Origin: Vicugna vicugna
Taxonomy: Eukaryota
Assembly: GCA_013265495.1 (NCBI GenBank)
Contig: MU058065.1
Location: 5,058,976-5,122,975 of the forward strand
Direction: 5' to 3'
DNA length: 64,000 nucleotides
The notes under the pieces were generated by a model that saw nothing but the letters and a program-made list of their open reading frames with translations, was not told the DNA's origin and did no database searches. The translations under genes and the position numbers were made by a program. This document shows positions 36,970 to 51,344 of this stretch, in pieces. Numbering within the stretch: the first letter of the stretch is position 1; every line of letters starts with the position of its first letter.

Positions 36970-37693
36970 TTGCATCAGACAAGGTAATGCTGATTAATAA
37001 ACTGACTCCAAATCTCAGTGACTCCACACTGTAAAGGTTTATATGTTGCTGCTATGAATGTTTGTGTTTCCCCCAAATCCAGATGTTGAAGCCCTGATCC
37101 CCAGTGTGGTGTGAGGTCTTTGGGAGAAAATCAGGTCAGGAAAGTGGAGCTCTCATGAACAGGGTTCCTGCCCTTACAATAAGAGACACAAGAGAGGTGA
37201 TGTCTCTCTCAACCAGGTGAGGATTCAACAAGAAGATGGTCATCTGCCAACCAAGAATCGGTTCTTCACCAAATACTGAATCTGCTGGAAACCTTGACCT
37301 TGAACTTGCCGTCCTCTAGAACTGTGGGAAATAAAGTCTGTGGTATAAGCCACCAGACTGTGGTGTTTGTTACAGCAGCCCAAGCTAAGATAGTGGCTCG
37401 CACTCTGATCCAACCAACTTCAGTCTCCAGGAGACATTGTTCCTAATTGTGGAATTATCGAGGACACTGATTAGATGATATGCCACCATCCTATAACATC
37501 ATCATGTCAATACATGACATTTGGGACTGGCACAGCAGGGGAAGAGAGCACAGAGAACCCATGGCCACCCTCCATGCCCTAAATCTGCGAGGATCACTTC
37601 TACTCCCAGGACCTTGGCCAGAACTGGTCATATGGTGCCACACCAACTAAAAGAAGCAATCACATAAGTGGTGAATATTGTTGTCACTACCAT
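36970..37693 (-). mobile_element. Older MLT1 (MLT1K/L-like) LTR, split by a younger MLT1A
   Basis: CCAAATCTCAGTGACT...AAAGGTTTAT on the left; ATCACTTCTACTCCCA...TTGGCCAGAACTGGTCATATGG...CTACCATA on the right. Confidence 0.65.
37050..37392 (+). mobile_element. MLT1A/MLT1A0 MaLR solo LTR
   Basis: TGCTATGAATGTTTGTGTTTCCCCCAAATCC...AGAACTGTGGGAAATAAA...GTTACAGCAGCCCAAGCTAAGATA; 5-bp TSD GTTGC (37045-37049) / GTGGC (37393-37397). Confidence 0.9.
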
Positions 37694-39569
37694 AGAGCTT
37701 TTTCCCTCTGTGATCAGAGGGCTAAAATGCCCAAATCCATTACCTCCTTTGACAGGATAGATTGTGTTGGGAATCAGTGTCATCTCTTTACACATTCCCA
37801 AATATTGTGCATCTGTTAAACCCAGTTTTTAACTTGCTATGAAACTATTACCATTTATGAGAAACCCTGATGTGAATTTACATAAAATTCATAAAAATCA
37901 ATTATTTTCCTAACAGATACTTCTCTTGGATTTTGTGGGGGTTTTTTTTCCAAATTCTTTTAAAACATATATCCAGTGAGCTTTTTGGTGCAAAGAGAGA
38001 CAAATATTAAAATTAGTGAAAGCACTGATAATTCCTATGAATGGCCTCCAACGATGTAGCACTTACTATGAACCATCTTCATAATGTGAAATTATACACG
38101 CATTGATATCAACTCTCACTTTGGAAACAATTAATTGAACTCATTCTCTTTACAGAGAGCTGAAAGCAAGTTTTAAAGCAGCATTTATCAGTGCACTTGG
38201 TGGGAAGGGATTGACAAATCCCAAAGGCAAGTTTACTACACATTGATCTCAGGAAAGACCTGAGTTCCAGGAGAGATTTGAGGAGTTCCAGGCTGAAATG
38301 GGGTGAAGGGGGGGAGCATATGGCTGTCTGAAATGTGCCTATGGAAAAGACATGAGAAATAGACCAGTATAACTGGAGGTATTAGCTTGGGCTTACAGTG
38401 TTCCTTAAACAGAAAACATGAAACATGGGATTAATGGGAGAACTGATACTGAAATAGAAAGAACAAAGGGAAGGAAGGAGATGTCGACCTGTCGGACAGA
38501 GATACACATGTCACAGCTCAGATAGAAATGGCCACACTCATCGACACAGGGAAGATGAATTTAGAATCAGGAGTTTGTTTTCATGTCACTTCTTAAGGCA
38601 AATGACTAGCTGTTTTAAAGGAAAGGGTTTCCCTGCCTCAGAAATGTTTTAGTGTCATGGAAAAAACATAAACTGTGTTTGAATCTCCATAACCTCTACA
38701 TTTTATGGCAAGAACCCAGATCCTATTAACAGTTTTCTGTTTCTACACCTGTTATCAAATCACAACATTTTAGTTAAATTGGCAAATGACTCTGTTTCAG
38801 AATGCAAGTGTAAATGAACTCTGATTTAGAATCATTTTGCTAATTATCCTTCCATACTGTGGACATGAATAGCTGCTTAGTGTTCTGATATGCCCTGAAC
38901 ACACGGATCCCATCTTTGTGCAGTATATTAGAGTAAGTTGTGGACACTTCTACCTCCGCCACAGGAACGTAAGTTTTTCAAGGACAAGATCAACTGTATT
39001 CTTCTCTGAATTAGATCAGCATATATCTGTGCACCTTGCATAAAGACTGTCCTCAACGAATGCTTATCAAATACATTCTACACACAGTCCAAAGCTGAAT
39101 AAGGATTTGTGTGGTTGATGTACCATGCTGAGTTCTGGTTCAGAATCTCCTGGTGACGGAGAACATTCAACCGTCCATATTTGGAAGGGAAATGAATGTA
39201 TCAAGCCAGAGATCATTAAGCAAATTTCTGAGTTTTGTTGGGACCCATTCCTTAAGAGATTTCTCACTAAAATGAATATAAAGCACCTACTTGCCCAGAT
39301 TAACATGATCATTAAATGTTATTTTAACCATTCATAGCTCAGTGCTTGATTCTCTAATGGCTTTTTCATGATGGAAAAGAATGTATACTAAAGGTGAATA
39401 TTTTCCTTATCAAAAAGTATAAAAGTCACAAATTAGGAAAATCAGCCACAAAAAGGGTACCTATATGATCACCAAAAGAAAAGTTTTGTTCAAGTTCTGG
39501 AATCTAATTTTCAATAATTCCAAACCATCTAAACAAAAACAAGGGAAGACAAGAGACAGCCATGCCTTG

Positions 39570-39915
39570 TGCTAACAGATTTAGATGGAAACAGGGACAC
39601 CAGTTAGGAAACTTTCCAATGATCCAGACCAGAGATGATGGTTGCTTGGACCTCAGTGATCACAGTGCACCAGCAGAGGTGGGCGGACATGAGATATACT
39701 TGAAGGTAAACCCAAGAATATTTTCTCGTGGCTGGAATGTGGGATGTAAGAGAAGGGAGGGAGATGAGACTTTTGACTGAAGGAAGCCACCATTTACTCA
39801 GATGGGAAGACTGTAAGTAGATTGGGAGAGTCGATCAGGAATTCATTGGAATAAGTTCAACGTAAGATTTGAGATGGTCCTTTAAGTAGATATGTACACT
39901 AGGTGAGTGGATACA
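39570..39915 (-). mobile_element. L2 fragment
   Basis: CCAGTTAGGAAACT...ATCCAGACCAGAGATGATGGTTGCTTGGAC...CCATTTACTCAGATGGGAAGACTG. Confidence 0.7.
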
Positions 39916-41034
39916 CTTTACAAAACTATCATTTTAATCATTAGTAACCCTAAAAGAGAATCTAATTTTTCAGGTGAATGAAAGCTCAGAGGAATAACAT
40001 AACCTGTCCAAAGACAACGCAGCCAGGAAGTGTCAAATATTATACATACATAATGTGCAAATATACTTTATATGTGTGAGTTATACATTTCATTTGAGAT
40101 TCATTTATCATCCAGTGATATCATGCATGCATGTCTTACATACCCAGATAGATGGCAAGGGTCTCAAGAGCAGGAACAAGTCCTTACTCTAGTCCACATC
40201 CCAAAGATGCCTAATACACTACCTTCTCAACTGTAGATGCCCACTAACAACCGATTTAGCTCTGAGCAGCTACGCATTGTAGAAAGACAAATTTGAAGGC
40301 TGGAGGAAAATATAAACCCACCCCTCTACCCTTGACCCAGGTAGAATTTTCTTGTCACCAACAAAACGCACATGTATCTTAGAAGCAGAGACAGGGAAAA
40401 TGAGACACTATCTCTATTGCAAAACCTCTCCCTGACCTCTCCCTTCGGGGACCAAAGGTGCTAGCAGCTTCCTGCTGTTACTTGTAAATAGGTCCTTATG
40501 AAATTGTCCTCAAATCACTTGGTTTGAGAGTGCTTAGCGTTTCCTGCGGGGCCCTGTCTGATTCAGGGAGGATCATGTGGAGAGGTCGGGCCTACAGGAG
40601 TTGGGTCTGCAGAGGCACTCCGGGAGGGGATTGGGAAAATATATGCCTTACTCTCATGCTCCTCCCTTCAACCCAGACTCTGTCAGTGCTCCCCATAAAC
40701 ACAACAAGAAGCCAAGGGCAAGGGAGTCTCTTGATGGAGAAAGGCAAGCAAAGTACCTGAAGGGCAAAAGGGAGATGCCTCTTCCACCTAGAACCTCATG
40801 CAGAAACAGAAAAGCATCCATTTCTACCCCCCCACCATTCACCTTCCTTCTCACTCCTCAGCTGAGGTGGGTGCTAGAGGCTAACACATTAACAGGGAAT
40901 CAGAAAACTAGGCCCTGATCTTCTCATTAAGTGAACTTAATCATATAACTCCCTCATCCGTATAAACACAAACTTGGGCCTCAGTGTTCCCATCTGTGGT
41001 TCTGTGAAATCTGCCCTTTGAGGCTCCATTGCAG

Positions 41035-41265
41035 AACTATGTGGCCCAAAACAGTTCTCGAGCACTTGAAGTGTGGCTGGTGCAACTGTAGAACTATAAT
41101 TTTACTCTTTTAAATTTTTAATTAATTTAAATTAGGTGGCAAAATGTTAATCTTTAAAAATTTTAATTTAAATCATATGGTCATCTGAAACTTGTGGCTA
41201 CCATATCAGACAGCACAGATACAGACCATTCCCATCACTGCAGAAATTTCCACTGGAAGTGTGGC
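41035..41265. mobile_element. MER3/MER33-like hAT-Charlie element
   Basis: GAGCACTTGAAGTGTGGCTGGTGCAACTG...GTGGCTACCATATCAGACAGCACAGATACAGACCATTCCCATCACTGCAGAAATTTCCACTGGA. Confidence 0.75.
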
Positions 41266-41922
41266 CCCACAGACTAGGGGGCCAGAATGTGGGGAACGGC
41301 TATTACGTCCTGGCCCGCTGACTATGCTGTTTAAGGGAATGGCATTCTCCATTCTCCTTCATTCTGCGCCCCATCGTCCTTCACTTGAAAATACTTGGAG
41401 GAAATTTCTTTAAAGAAAAAACACATACACATCCGTCCTGTCGGCCAGCTTAAATGAAATGTACACATATAACTGAATCTCTATGAACTTTTCTCCAGTC
41501 ACATTTTTTTCTCCCTCCTTCCCAAGAAGTAACCACCATCTTGACTTGGCATTTATCATTTCCAGCCATGCTTTTAACTTTTACTATATGTGTACTCATA
41601 AACAAAGACAGAATTCTTCAAGTGGGCCAAAGCCTATAACAGGCCCTTCAGATGACTGGATTCCTAACTGGGAGAGAGTTTACATCCTTATAAAACATGG
41701 ATGTTTCTCCAAACCAGATGACTTCTGAGACATGTTTCCAAGTAGCCTATCATGCCAGAGATTGTAAAGTCTGTCTCTGGAGGAAACAGCAAACTTGTAC
41801 TTATTTAAACTCACATATGAAGATCATTTTGAGGTAGGGCAGAGGAGTGGCAGGGCGTATCTTTAAGCAAGGAACACGACTGTCTTCACAAGCAAAATAA
41901 ATGCAAAGAACTGAGGAAATCA

Positions 41923-42819
41923 ATGGGCACACGATAAAATGCTCAGTATCACTAATGATCAGAGAAATGCAAATCAAAACTACAGTGAGGTATCACCTCA
42001 CACCAGTCAAAATGGCCATCAGTAAAAAGTCCACAAACGATAAATGCTGGAGAGGCTGTGGAGAAAAGGGGATCCTCCTACACTGCTGGTAATAATGAAG
42101 TTTCGTGAAGCCACTGTGGAAAACAGTATGGAGATTCCTCAAAAAACTAAAAATAGGCTTACCACATGACCCAGCAACCCCACTCTTGGGCATATATCCA
42201 GAGGGAACTCTCATTTGAAAAGATACATGCACCCCAATATTCGTAGCAGCACTATCTACAATAGCCAAAACATGGAAGCAACATAAATGGCCATCAGCAG
42301 ATGACTGGATAAAAAAATTGTGGCATATTTATACAATGGAATACTACTCGGCCATAAAAAATAAAATAATGCCATTTGCGGCAACATGGATGGACATGTA
42401 GATTGTCATTCTAAGTGAACTAAGCCAGAAAAAGAAAGAAAAATACTATATGATATCATTCATATGTGGAATCTAAAAAAAAAAAGCAAAAATGAACTTA
42501 TTTACAAAACAGAAATAGACTCAGAAACATAGAAAACAAACTCACAATTACCAGAGGGGGAAGTGGGTGCAAAGGGGTAAACTGGGAGCTTCATATTTGC
42601 AGATACTAACTACTATATATAAAATAGATAAACAACAAGTTTTTACTGTATAGCACAGGGAATTCTATTCAATATCTTATAATAACCTATAATAAAAAAG
42701 AATATGAAAAGGAATATATGTATGTATATGTATGACTGAAACATTACAGTGTACACCAGAAATTGACACAATATTGTAAACTGACTACATTTCAATAAAT
42801 AAAAATAAAATAAAAATAA
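41923..42819 (+). mobile_element. Young 5'-truncated L1 (ORF2 C-terminus plus 3'UTR), camelid-type
   Basis: ORF2 remnant [45 protein letters not shown]; (TAAAA)n tail; TSD AAAGAACTGAGGAAATCA (41905-41922) / AAGGAACTGATGAAGTCA (42820-42837). Confidence 0.95.
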
Positions 42820-43049
42820 AAGGAACTGATGAAGTCATCCAGTAACTTAGATAAAAGTTGTCCAAAGGCAAACCAATGAAGCTGCCCTGTGTTTTCCGTG
42901 GCCATCTGGACTCTTAAAAGGGACTTTCCTCACTCTCCCATCCTACTCCCTCCTCCCCCATGGATTCATTCTCAGCCACCTCAAGTCCTGTCCTTGGGAC
43001 TCCTCAGATTTCTTCCCCATCTCTGAAAAGCCCCAATAAACCATCCACA

Positions 43050-43455
43050 TGTTCCACTGGGTTCCCCAGAAGCTGATGCTGAGATAAGGATGTCAGTGCA
43101 TCTGTCCCATTAAGGAAGTACTCCCAGGAGAAGCCACTGAAAGCGTGAGGGATGCAGGCTGTGGATCAGGAAGAAGTCTGATCCCACGGAGGAATTCTGG
43201 AGAGTAAGTGACCCCTCAGAATCGTCCCGATCCTACATGAAACTGGGAGTTGGCCTTCCTAAGTCACAAGCCCAGCCATCATTGGCTAAGTGCCACCTGG
43301 GAGTGGGGCGGGAGGTTTGGGCCACTGCAATAAAGACCCATCAAAGCCAGGGGGACAGAAGCACACAGAGGGTCACAGTGACCCCAGGCAGTCAGGGCAG
43401 AGCTCGAACCAGACAGACCTGGCAGAACTGAAGGATGCATCACTGCGTTTCAGTA
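43050..43455 (-). mobile_element. LTR16-like ERVL LTR
   Basis: GGGTTCCCCAGAAGCTGATGCTGAGATAAGGATGTCAGTGCA...CAGCCATCATTGGCTAAG; similar to the 24851-25319 element. Confidence 0.65.
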
Positions 43456-44689
43456 GCCATCAAATCCTTGAGCTAATGGGTTGACTTTAGAATTTCAGAA
43501 ATGAGCATTTGGAGTTGAAAGATCTTTTCAAATCTGTATAGCTCCCCAAAGCTCCCCAATTCACACTACAAAATTGACTTTAAACAGTCACTGAATACAT
43601 CCAGGCTTAACAGGAAACCACCTTGGGCTAGATAGATAAGAATTGTTTTGTTGGCTCATGTTTTTACTTATAACTGCATGTGATTTCATTTCATTTATCC
43701 AGCCAGTATTTGTCCAATTATATCTTGACCTAACCTTAGTGTTACACTTGACTTTGTACTTTGGAGCCCTTTCCCAGGGACAAAGCAGTAAACTAACAGC
43801 CCCATCTCCATGACTCTGTGGATACACTCGAAAGAGGGCAGCTCCGGTCAGACTGGCTTCAGTATTCTTCATGTGTTACCATAAACTCAGCTTTACTCAT
43901 GACATCCAGACCCCAGGAACCTAGTAAAATGCCAACTCAATCTGTGTAGAGGATAAACCCTCCCTATGAAATCCAGTGTGCTAAGGAAGGGACTTCAGAG
44001 AATAAAAACGAATCGGCAGAATGAGATCCTCCCCATGTACCATCCCTACCTAAGTGGGGATGTGTGGGCTGGCAGCCTTGGGCAACTGCAAACAAGGGTG
44101 AGGCCGGGTGGGAGGATCACAGCAAGTAAGTTGTAACCAAACCCTCCTGGGAATTGTCTGCGTAAATTCCCAAGCTGATTACGACGAAACGGACATTTTC
44201 AACATTCATCAAAAATTGGCCTGCAGTGACGATGCCATCTTATGGAAGTGGGATGTATACATCTGCCCCCTAAGAAATACTTTGTCAGAGACCCAATAAA
44301 TATTTCTTGCTATGTCAGAGAAAACAATGCCTCCAGGGACTTGCCGCAGAACCTGTTAGTCATAATTCTGTCTACAGTCAGCCCCAGATACTCTCAGCAT
44401 CATTGGAGCATTGTGTCCTGAGTTGAACTGGGAAGAGACTAGAGGCAAGCGCTTATAAAGCAGCATAAATAACACTAAAGTGGGATGGAGAGGGGAGGAG
44501 AGATGGACTAGAAGGTTGAAAAACAAGCTTACCCTCTCCAGCTCCGCTGTCCTATGCTTTATTCTACATTCTCGGAAATATTTTTTGTCTTCATTGTTTT
44601 TCATTTTTAACTATGAGTCTTTTCAAACACTGAAAGTGTGCACCCACCATCACTACTAAACCAGTGTCTCTGCTCCTTGTTTCTGGCGT

Positions 44690-47200
44690 CGTTTATTAGA
44701 AATACTGGTTAGAATATAATCTTTTTCTCTATGGCCTGTATTTTTTGAACCTTAAGAAATCCTTCCCTATCATAATATTATAAAAATACTTTCCTGTATT
44801 TCCTTCTAAATGCTTAACAGTTTTTCTTCTCACATTTTGGTGCTGAATCCATCTGGAATTTATTTCTGTACGTTAGAAAGGGATCTAACTTTATTTTTTC
44901 TATATGGGCGGTATCTTTTTTTTTTTTTTGGAATAGTCTATCCTTCCTCCACTGATTTGTAATGCCACTCGTGTTGTACACCCTGTCTGTTACTGGGGCT
45001 TCTTTTCCTGTTCCTGATCTATTTCTGTGTCATTACCACATTTCTCACATTTCTAGACTTTTAAGTTTTGTGTCAAATAAGTCAAATTTTCCCCTACTTT
45101 TCTTCTTATGATCCTGTTGGCTTCTGTGGCTCTTTGCTTTTCGAAAGAAACATTTTATGATGAGTTTGTGAAATCCTATTGTCAATTTGGTTGGCGTTTC
45201 ATTGTAATTGTGGATCAATGTGGCCAGAATTGCTATCCTTACAGTATTGATTCTATCTCTAAAGAAACAAGGTATACTTTTTTCTATTTATTCAGTTTTT
45301 CTTTCTTTTTTTTTCAACTATTAGACTTTAGAATCATAATTTTCTCCATCTTTTGTTAGATTTATTCATAGGCACTTTTTTTTGGATGTTGTTGCTGTTG
45401 TTAATGGTACTTTCTTTTCAATTTACGTCTCCTATTTATTCGGTGTTCATACATACAGCACCATTGTTTTTGTGTGTATTGATCATGTAACTGGTACCCT
45501 CACTGAGATCTTTTATCAGCTCAAATAGTCTGTAGAAACATTTTGTCTCCTAGACAATAATATTATAAGAAATTATTCCTTTCCAATATTTATTTTTGAC
45601 TTTTCATATCTTACCACAGTACCTAGGACCCATTGGTCAATGCAGAATAAAGATAATGATAATAAGCATACTTTTCTTCTCTTGCCTGTAATAGGATACG
45701 GCCCAAAATTCTCCATTAACAAGGATATTTGCTAAAGATTAAGATAGGCGCCCTTTATCAAGTTAAGGAATGTCATGTCTACTCATAGTATACAAAAAGG
45801 ATTTCCTAATAAACACAGGTTGAATTTTATCAAATGCTTTTTTTATTAATTCATTGGGAAAATCATAAAGTTTTTCTCCTTTAGAGTGTTATTGTGTTGT
45901 ATTATAATGACAGATTTGTTGAGGTTAAAACCTTCTTGTATTCATTGGATAAAACCTTCTTTGTTGTGATGACTGATTTTTGACATACACTGTTGGATTT
46001 AATTCATCAGATTTTATTTGTTATTTTTGTATTTACATTCTTAAGTAAGATTTGGTCTCTATTTTTTCTTGTATTGTTCTTTACTATTTTTGTAATAAAG
46101 TAATATTAGCCTCTTGGACGAGTCATGGAGTTTTTCCTCTTTTTCTGTTTTCTGCAAGAGTTTATGTAATTATTAATTTTCTTGATATTTTGGTAAAAAT
46201 CACCTGAAAACCACCTGGGCCTAATAGTTTTGGGTCTAGAAACTTTAGTACAAATTTGGTGTCTTTCATATTTACAGATTTATTTAAGCTCCCCATTTTT
46301 TCATTAGTTAATTATGGAAAATTGTATTCTCCATTTGGTCTACATTTTCTAATTTATTATCAAAAAGTCATTCTATTTTATAATCTTACGATTTCTTTAA
46401 TCTCTAACTATATCTTTATTTTTCCTATTAATATCATTTATTAATGTAATATAATGTAGTCTTTGTTCTGTCTCTCATATTGGTTTTGTTTATTGTTATT
46501 TTCATCTATCGTTAGTCCTTCAAAGAGCCAAGTTTTGGTTTTATTGACATTCCTTTACATGCCTTTGCTCTAATGTATTATTTCCTATTCTTAGGTTAAA
46601 GTCCCTTCATTCTACTTTCTTTATGTTTATTCTGTTTTTGTTTTTCCCCTAACTCTTTACTTGGGATTAGGTCACTAATTTTTTGTCTTTCTTCTTCTCT
46701 AATATAGGCACTTAATGCTACACATTTACCTCTGAGTGTTGCTTTAGCTGCACCCCACTAGCTTTTATGTGCAGGGTTTTCACTGCCATTTAGTTCTCAA
46801 TATTTCCACATTTTCTGATTTCTAATTTTATCTTTTGCTCACAAGTTACTTAGAACTGTGTTGCTTTTCTTTTGTTTCCAAACATAGAGGAAAGAGGATT
46901 GATTTTCTTTAGTTCTATTTTTATTTCATGTGAATAGAGTAAATAGGCTATGAAATGACTTTTGATATTTGTGACCTGGTATGTGATCAATTTTCATAAA
47001 AGTTCCATACATACTTCTGAAGAATGTGGATTATTAAATATAGAATGGCAGTTCCATACATATTGCCCATTACATCAAGCTTGTTAATTGCATTGTCTGA
47101 AATTCTCTATTTTGCCTAAAAGGTACTTGCTAAACTTATTAGTCCTAACTCTTTTTTTTTAATCTATTGAAATCATATGTGTTATGGTGTATGCCAAATT
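44690..47200 (-). mobile_element. Ancient L1 ORF2 remnant (L1M-type)
   Basis: T-rich plus strand with reverse L1 motifs (CCATCTGGAATTTATTT, CCCTTTATCAAGTTAAGGAA, TTGAATTTTATCAAATGCTTT, CCACCTGGGCCT, GCTTTAGCTGCACCCCAC). Confidence 0.85.
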
Positions 47201-47454
47201 TTACTTGTAATTCTGCTGACTTCCAGTTTATATACCAACCTCAAGCACCGAAATTGGTTCATATACTTAACAATTTATTACTGCTGGCAAGTACATGAAA
47301 ATTGCCCTTTCTTTCTTGTAAACTCAACTACATATTTTGTAATATTTTAAAATATTTTATCTAACTTTTCTAAGTGTTTCTACCAAAAGGTTTTTCAAGG
47401 TTTATTTGCTTAATTGTTGAATTTGCCACACTTCCAGAAGCAGAATATAATTGG

Positions 47455-47510
47455 AGGGAAAGAAAGAAGGAAGGAAGGAAGGGAGGGATGGGGAGAAAGG
47501 AAGGAAAAAA
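47455..47510. repeat. GA-rich low-complexity tract
   Basis: GGAAAGAAAGAAGGAAGGAAGGAAGGGAGGG..., read directly. Confidence 0.85.
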
Positions 47511-48774
47511 GACAAAGATAAAGACATTCTGAAAGACGGGTAGGTTTCTGCATATTCCTCTGGGTTATCCTTTGTCTAGATATTTTAAAAATCCCAGTGT
47601 CAGCCTACAGGGAGGAGGATGTATCTGTGAGTAAGGTGGCTCCCTGTTCACTTTATGTCACCTTCCCTCTCTGTGCTGGAACAGAGAGCCATCCCCACAT
47701 AGGAGTGGTGGGGGAACAATTTCTATCACACAGTAAGAGCACATCTTGGAGACCATCTCCTGTGCCTTCTAACCTAATTAGCTCATGTTAGAGGCTTTCA
47801 ATGAAAAAACACTCCTAGGAGGCTTCTGCTGAGTTTTTCTTTTCAGGTGTACTAATTATAATACCAACAATCACATAATCAACCTCTTGGGTTGTGAGGA
47901 AAAACAGGGGTGTAAGTGGCTAATTGTAAAGGCAAGTGGTCCATTGCTTGTGCAATCAGCAGACCTCCAGCATATTAAATTTGGTGCCCATAGGATAAAT
48001 ATTACAAGTGACAGAGGCTGTCCTTTTAAAACTGACTTCACAAATTCGCTTGCAATTTTCTCAAACTCTTCAACCCTTTGCAACTCTCTTTTATAAAGCA
48101 CAAACAATAAAAAAAAATCACTGTTGTTGACATACTTAATGATTTCATTCTTTCTGCCTTCCAAGCTGTGCCCATTGGGTCCTCCAAACCAGAAGCTTTA
48201 AAATGAAAATGAACTGGTAACCAATAAAGTTTGTATCTAGTTGTAATATTTTAATGCTATAATGCAATTCAATTATATCTTTCAAGCAAGTAAGAGCTGT
48301 TTTCGGTGTCGTTTGCTAAATTTATTACACTAAATCTAAAATGGAAAACAGTAGTTAGCTGTAAACACTGAGCTAATGGTGTTCTTTCTATTCTAGATCT
48401 AATGAGGCTCAAACTTTCACAATGGGAAATAATTTAACAACAATATTTATATAGATGATGAGTCTGGTTCTCTGACCCATATGGTGATGTATAGCAATGC
48501 TGCAAAGTAGATATCATCCAGATGGACACTGAAGCTCCAGCCCCATTCATTCCATTTCTCCATTTGAAACTGACAAACGGAGAAAGCAAGGCTGGTTTAT
48601 TTTTTAAACTGACCCCAACAGTCCTTAGATTAGTTCATCAGTTTTGACCTCCTCTAAAAGAAGCTTCGGAAGATACCTCCAGGATATCATTTTCCAAAAG
48701 CCAACTAACATGCCAATGTTTAATTGGGTTCTAAAAATTAGTGAGGTGAGCTAGGATTTGTGATCAGAACATTT

Positions 48775-48920
48775 GCATATAAGTCTGGGCTCTCCTGTGT
48801 GACTTTGACAAAGGACTAAGCTTCATAAAGCCTTCGTCTCTACATCTGTAAAATGAGGAGAGTAATTCAGAGCCTTATTCTCCTGAAGGGATGAGTGCTT
48901 TGTAAATTCTAAAGTACCAG
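48775..48920 (+). mobile_element. MIR fragment
   Basis: TGTGTGACTTTGACAAAG...CATCTGTAAAATGAGGAG...AGTGCTTTGTAAA. Confidence 0.6.
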
Positions 48921-51344
48921 AAAGAATAAATTGCTATTTTTGTTATTTATGGGGATTATTTAGCACTGAAACAAATCACAGATTGCTAGGAGACCATGCT
49001 TCAGTTCTGCAATCATGTGTTTACGATGAACTTTTGGCCTATGACTTACTTTGACTCTCTGGCTAATGATTCCAACAGCCACATGTGAAGGGTCCTCTTT
49101 GGTGTGGTCTGTGGATATGTTTTCCTCATATTTTCCGCAGATGTTTCAGCTGAGTGTCAGAGTCAGGCCTCTTAGAGCCAGCCACGTAGGAATAGCTGTC
49201 ATTTTACATGAGCTCCTAACAACCTGCTTTCTTTTCCTACCCAACTGCAATTTCCAGATAAAATTCAGAGCTTCAACTAGAGAGAGGTGTCTTGACCAAA
49301 GGCAAAAATGCATTTAATAGTCCACTAAGGTCCCCGCTCATCTGTCCTGTCTTATCATGGGGCCCAACTTTTATTTTGAGCTGGAAGGCATCTTTGACTT
49401 CATACTGTCCCTAGCAGTTTCATGAGATCAAATTTATCAAACATATCCCGGATGATTGGGGCTGACGGTTCAAATATTAGTTTTAGGAATCAGTGTCTAA
49501 AATAACTTCCTTTAACTACATAAAATTACAATTTATTTATTCAATTTCTGACCTTTTCATCTTTACTACCACACCCGTAAAACCTTTAAGCTCTACTATG
49601 AGAAATAAACATCCCTTAATAAACTAAGTCAGGGACTAAGGACTTAACGCCTTTCAGCAGTGATCACATAAGAGATCAATGCTTAACACCAAAGGGATGA
49701 ACTGTGAGTGCTTCAGGCTCGGGTAACACAAGAAGCATCTTCCCCCTCACTGTCCCTGGAATCCCACCAGGTAGGATCAGAAGACTTTTTACTGTGCCAC
49801 CAGGACCTGGGCCCAAGACAAGTCCACCAGCACATCAAATTCTTCCTCTAGTGAAAACGCATGTCATGTGTCAAGACAGCCTTTGGGAAATCACATGATA
49901 GAATACAAAAACAATAATGATGAATTCATTTTCATATATTCATCCCTATATCCTACTTTTTGTCCAAATATTAGCTTGTAAATATCTCAGAATGATGCTA
50001 GTCTGGTTTTATAATTTTTATAAAATAATCTACTAAATCAGTGATCCTGTCCCAGCTCCCAACACAAACCCATGCTCTGATAAACTCAAAAGAGTTTACG
50101 GCTGTTAATCCCGTGTCTCCAATTGCCCTTTGATATTTCTGTAGTGATTCTCCATCTACTTCTGGGAAAATCACCCATTTTATTGTGCTCACCGACACCT
50201 GATCAATTTACAGAATCACTTACTAACCAAGTACATCCCATTTTAGTTATTTCCTTCAAAGCTCACTTACTTTCAGCATAATAGGATGGTACATAAGGAG
50301 AAAATAGCTTTCTTCTTTTTTCTTTCTTACTTCTTCTGTCATGAAGCAATAGGCTAGAAATAAAGAGAGATTTATCTTATTGCCCTGTGTGAGAGGCTGG
50401 CTGATGTTAATACTTTGAAATGTTTCAAAGAAGGCAGTGACCAAATGTCCAAGTTGTCAATTGCCCAGCACACTCAGTGAGCACTGATCTGGGATTAGAG
50501 ATGGATCACACTGAGTCTACAAAATGCAGGGCAGAGGAGATGCTTCCTCTTCTCAGGCAGGGACCGGTTCTGAGGGCATGTGGCCAAGTTGAAGTTCAGC
50601 ACAGACCAGCATCAGTGAGCGAGTGTTCTCGGAAGGTATTTGGGAAGGATACGTTCTCAGAAGCCATGGGCAGAGGCATCTAGCCTGCTAGCATCATCAG
50701 ATGAAAACCTAGTTGTCAGCAGAGGGCTGAAAGGAACTTCCAGAGTCCAAATCCAGGGAAGATAGGAAACAAATAAGAGAAGACTGGGCTCCTGAGTTTA
50801 TGAGCTGCGGTTCTAAAGAAAATGACAGAAAAATATCCAGTCACCAGCAGCAGTGTCCATCTCATCCAGAGGGCATGGGAGAGCTTGCTAATCTCAGGAA
50901 CAGGTAAAATTGGGTTTTGGTTCAACTACAGCTCCTTTGGAGAGACAGAAAAGAGATCTGCCTTTAAGTTTCCAAAAATTCTTTGAATTCTATGAATTCT
51001 CTCTTACTTTCTCCCAAGTGAGAGCTGCCCCAGCAATCTCTCTCCCCAAACTCCCCCGGCTCTCCCTTGATTGTCTCCTTTCCTCTATTTACTTTCACTA
51101 CGCTTCTTTTCCCCACAGTCAAAGGTGCTCAGATTCCCCAAGCACATCTCCATTGCTTGTCTAGAAAAGTGAGCTTAACTCGGTTAACTCTCTCAACTCA
51201 CTTCATTACATTCTCATAAAAACAAAGGCTTGTGTGACCTTGACAAAATGAAATACCAACTAGTTGACCAAAACCTACTGTCTCTCAGTTACCCCTTTAG
51301 GAACAATTTATTCTGCCATGGTGTACATCTTTTTAAGAAACTTT

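Noticed and set aside
39161..39182. miR-181-like AACATTCAACC
   Set aside because: Only the 5' 10-11 nt match, the 3' part diverges, and I see no precursor hairpin.
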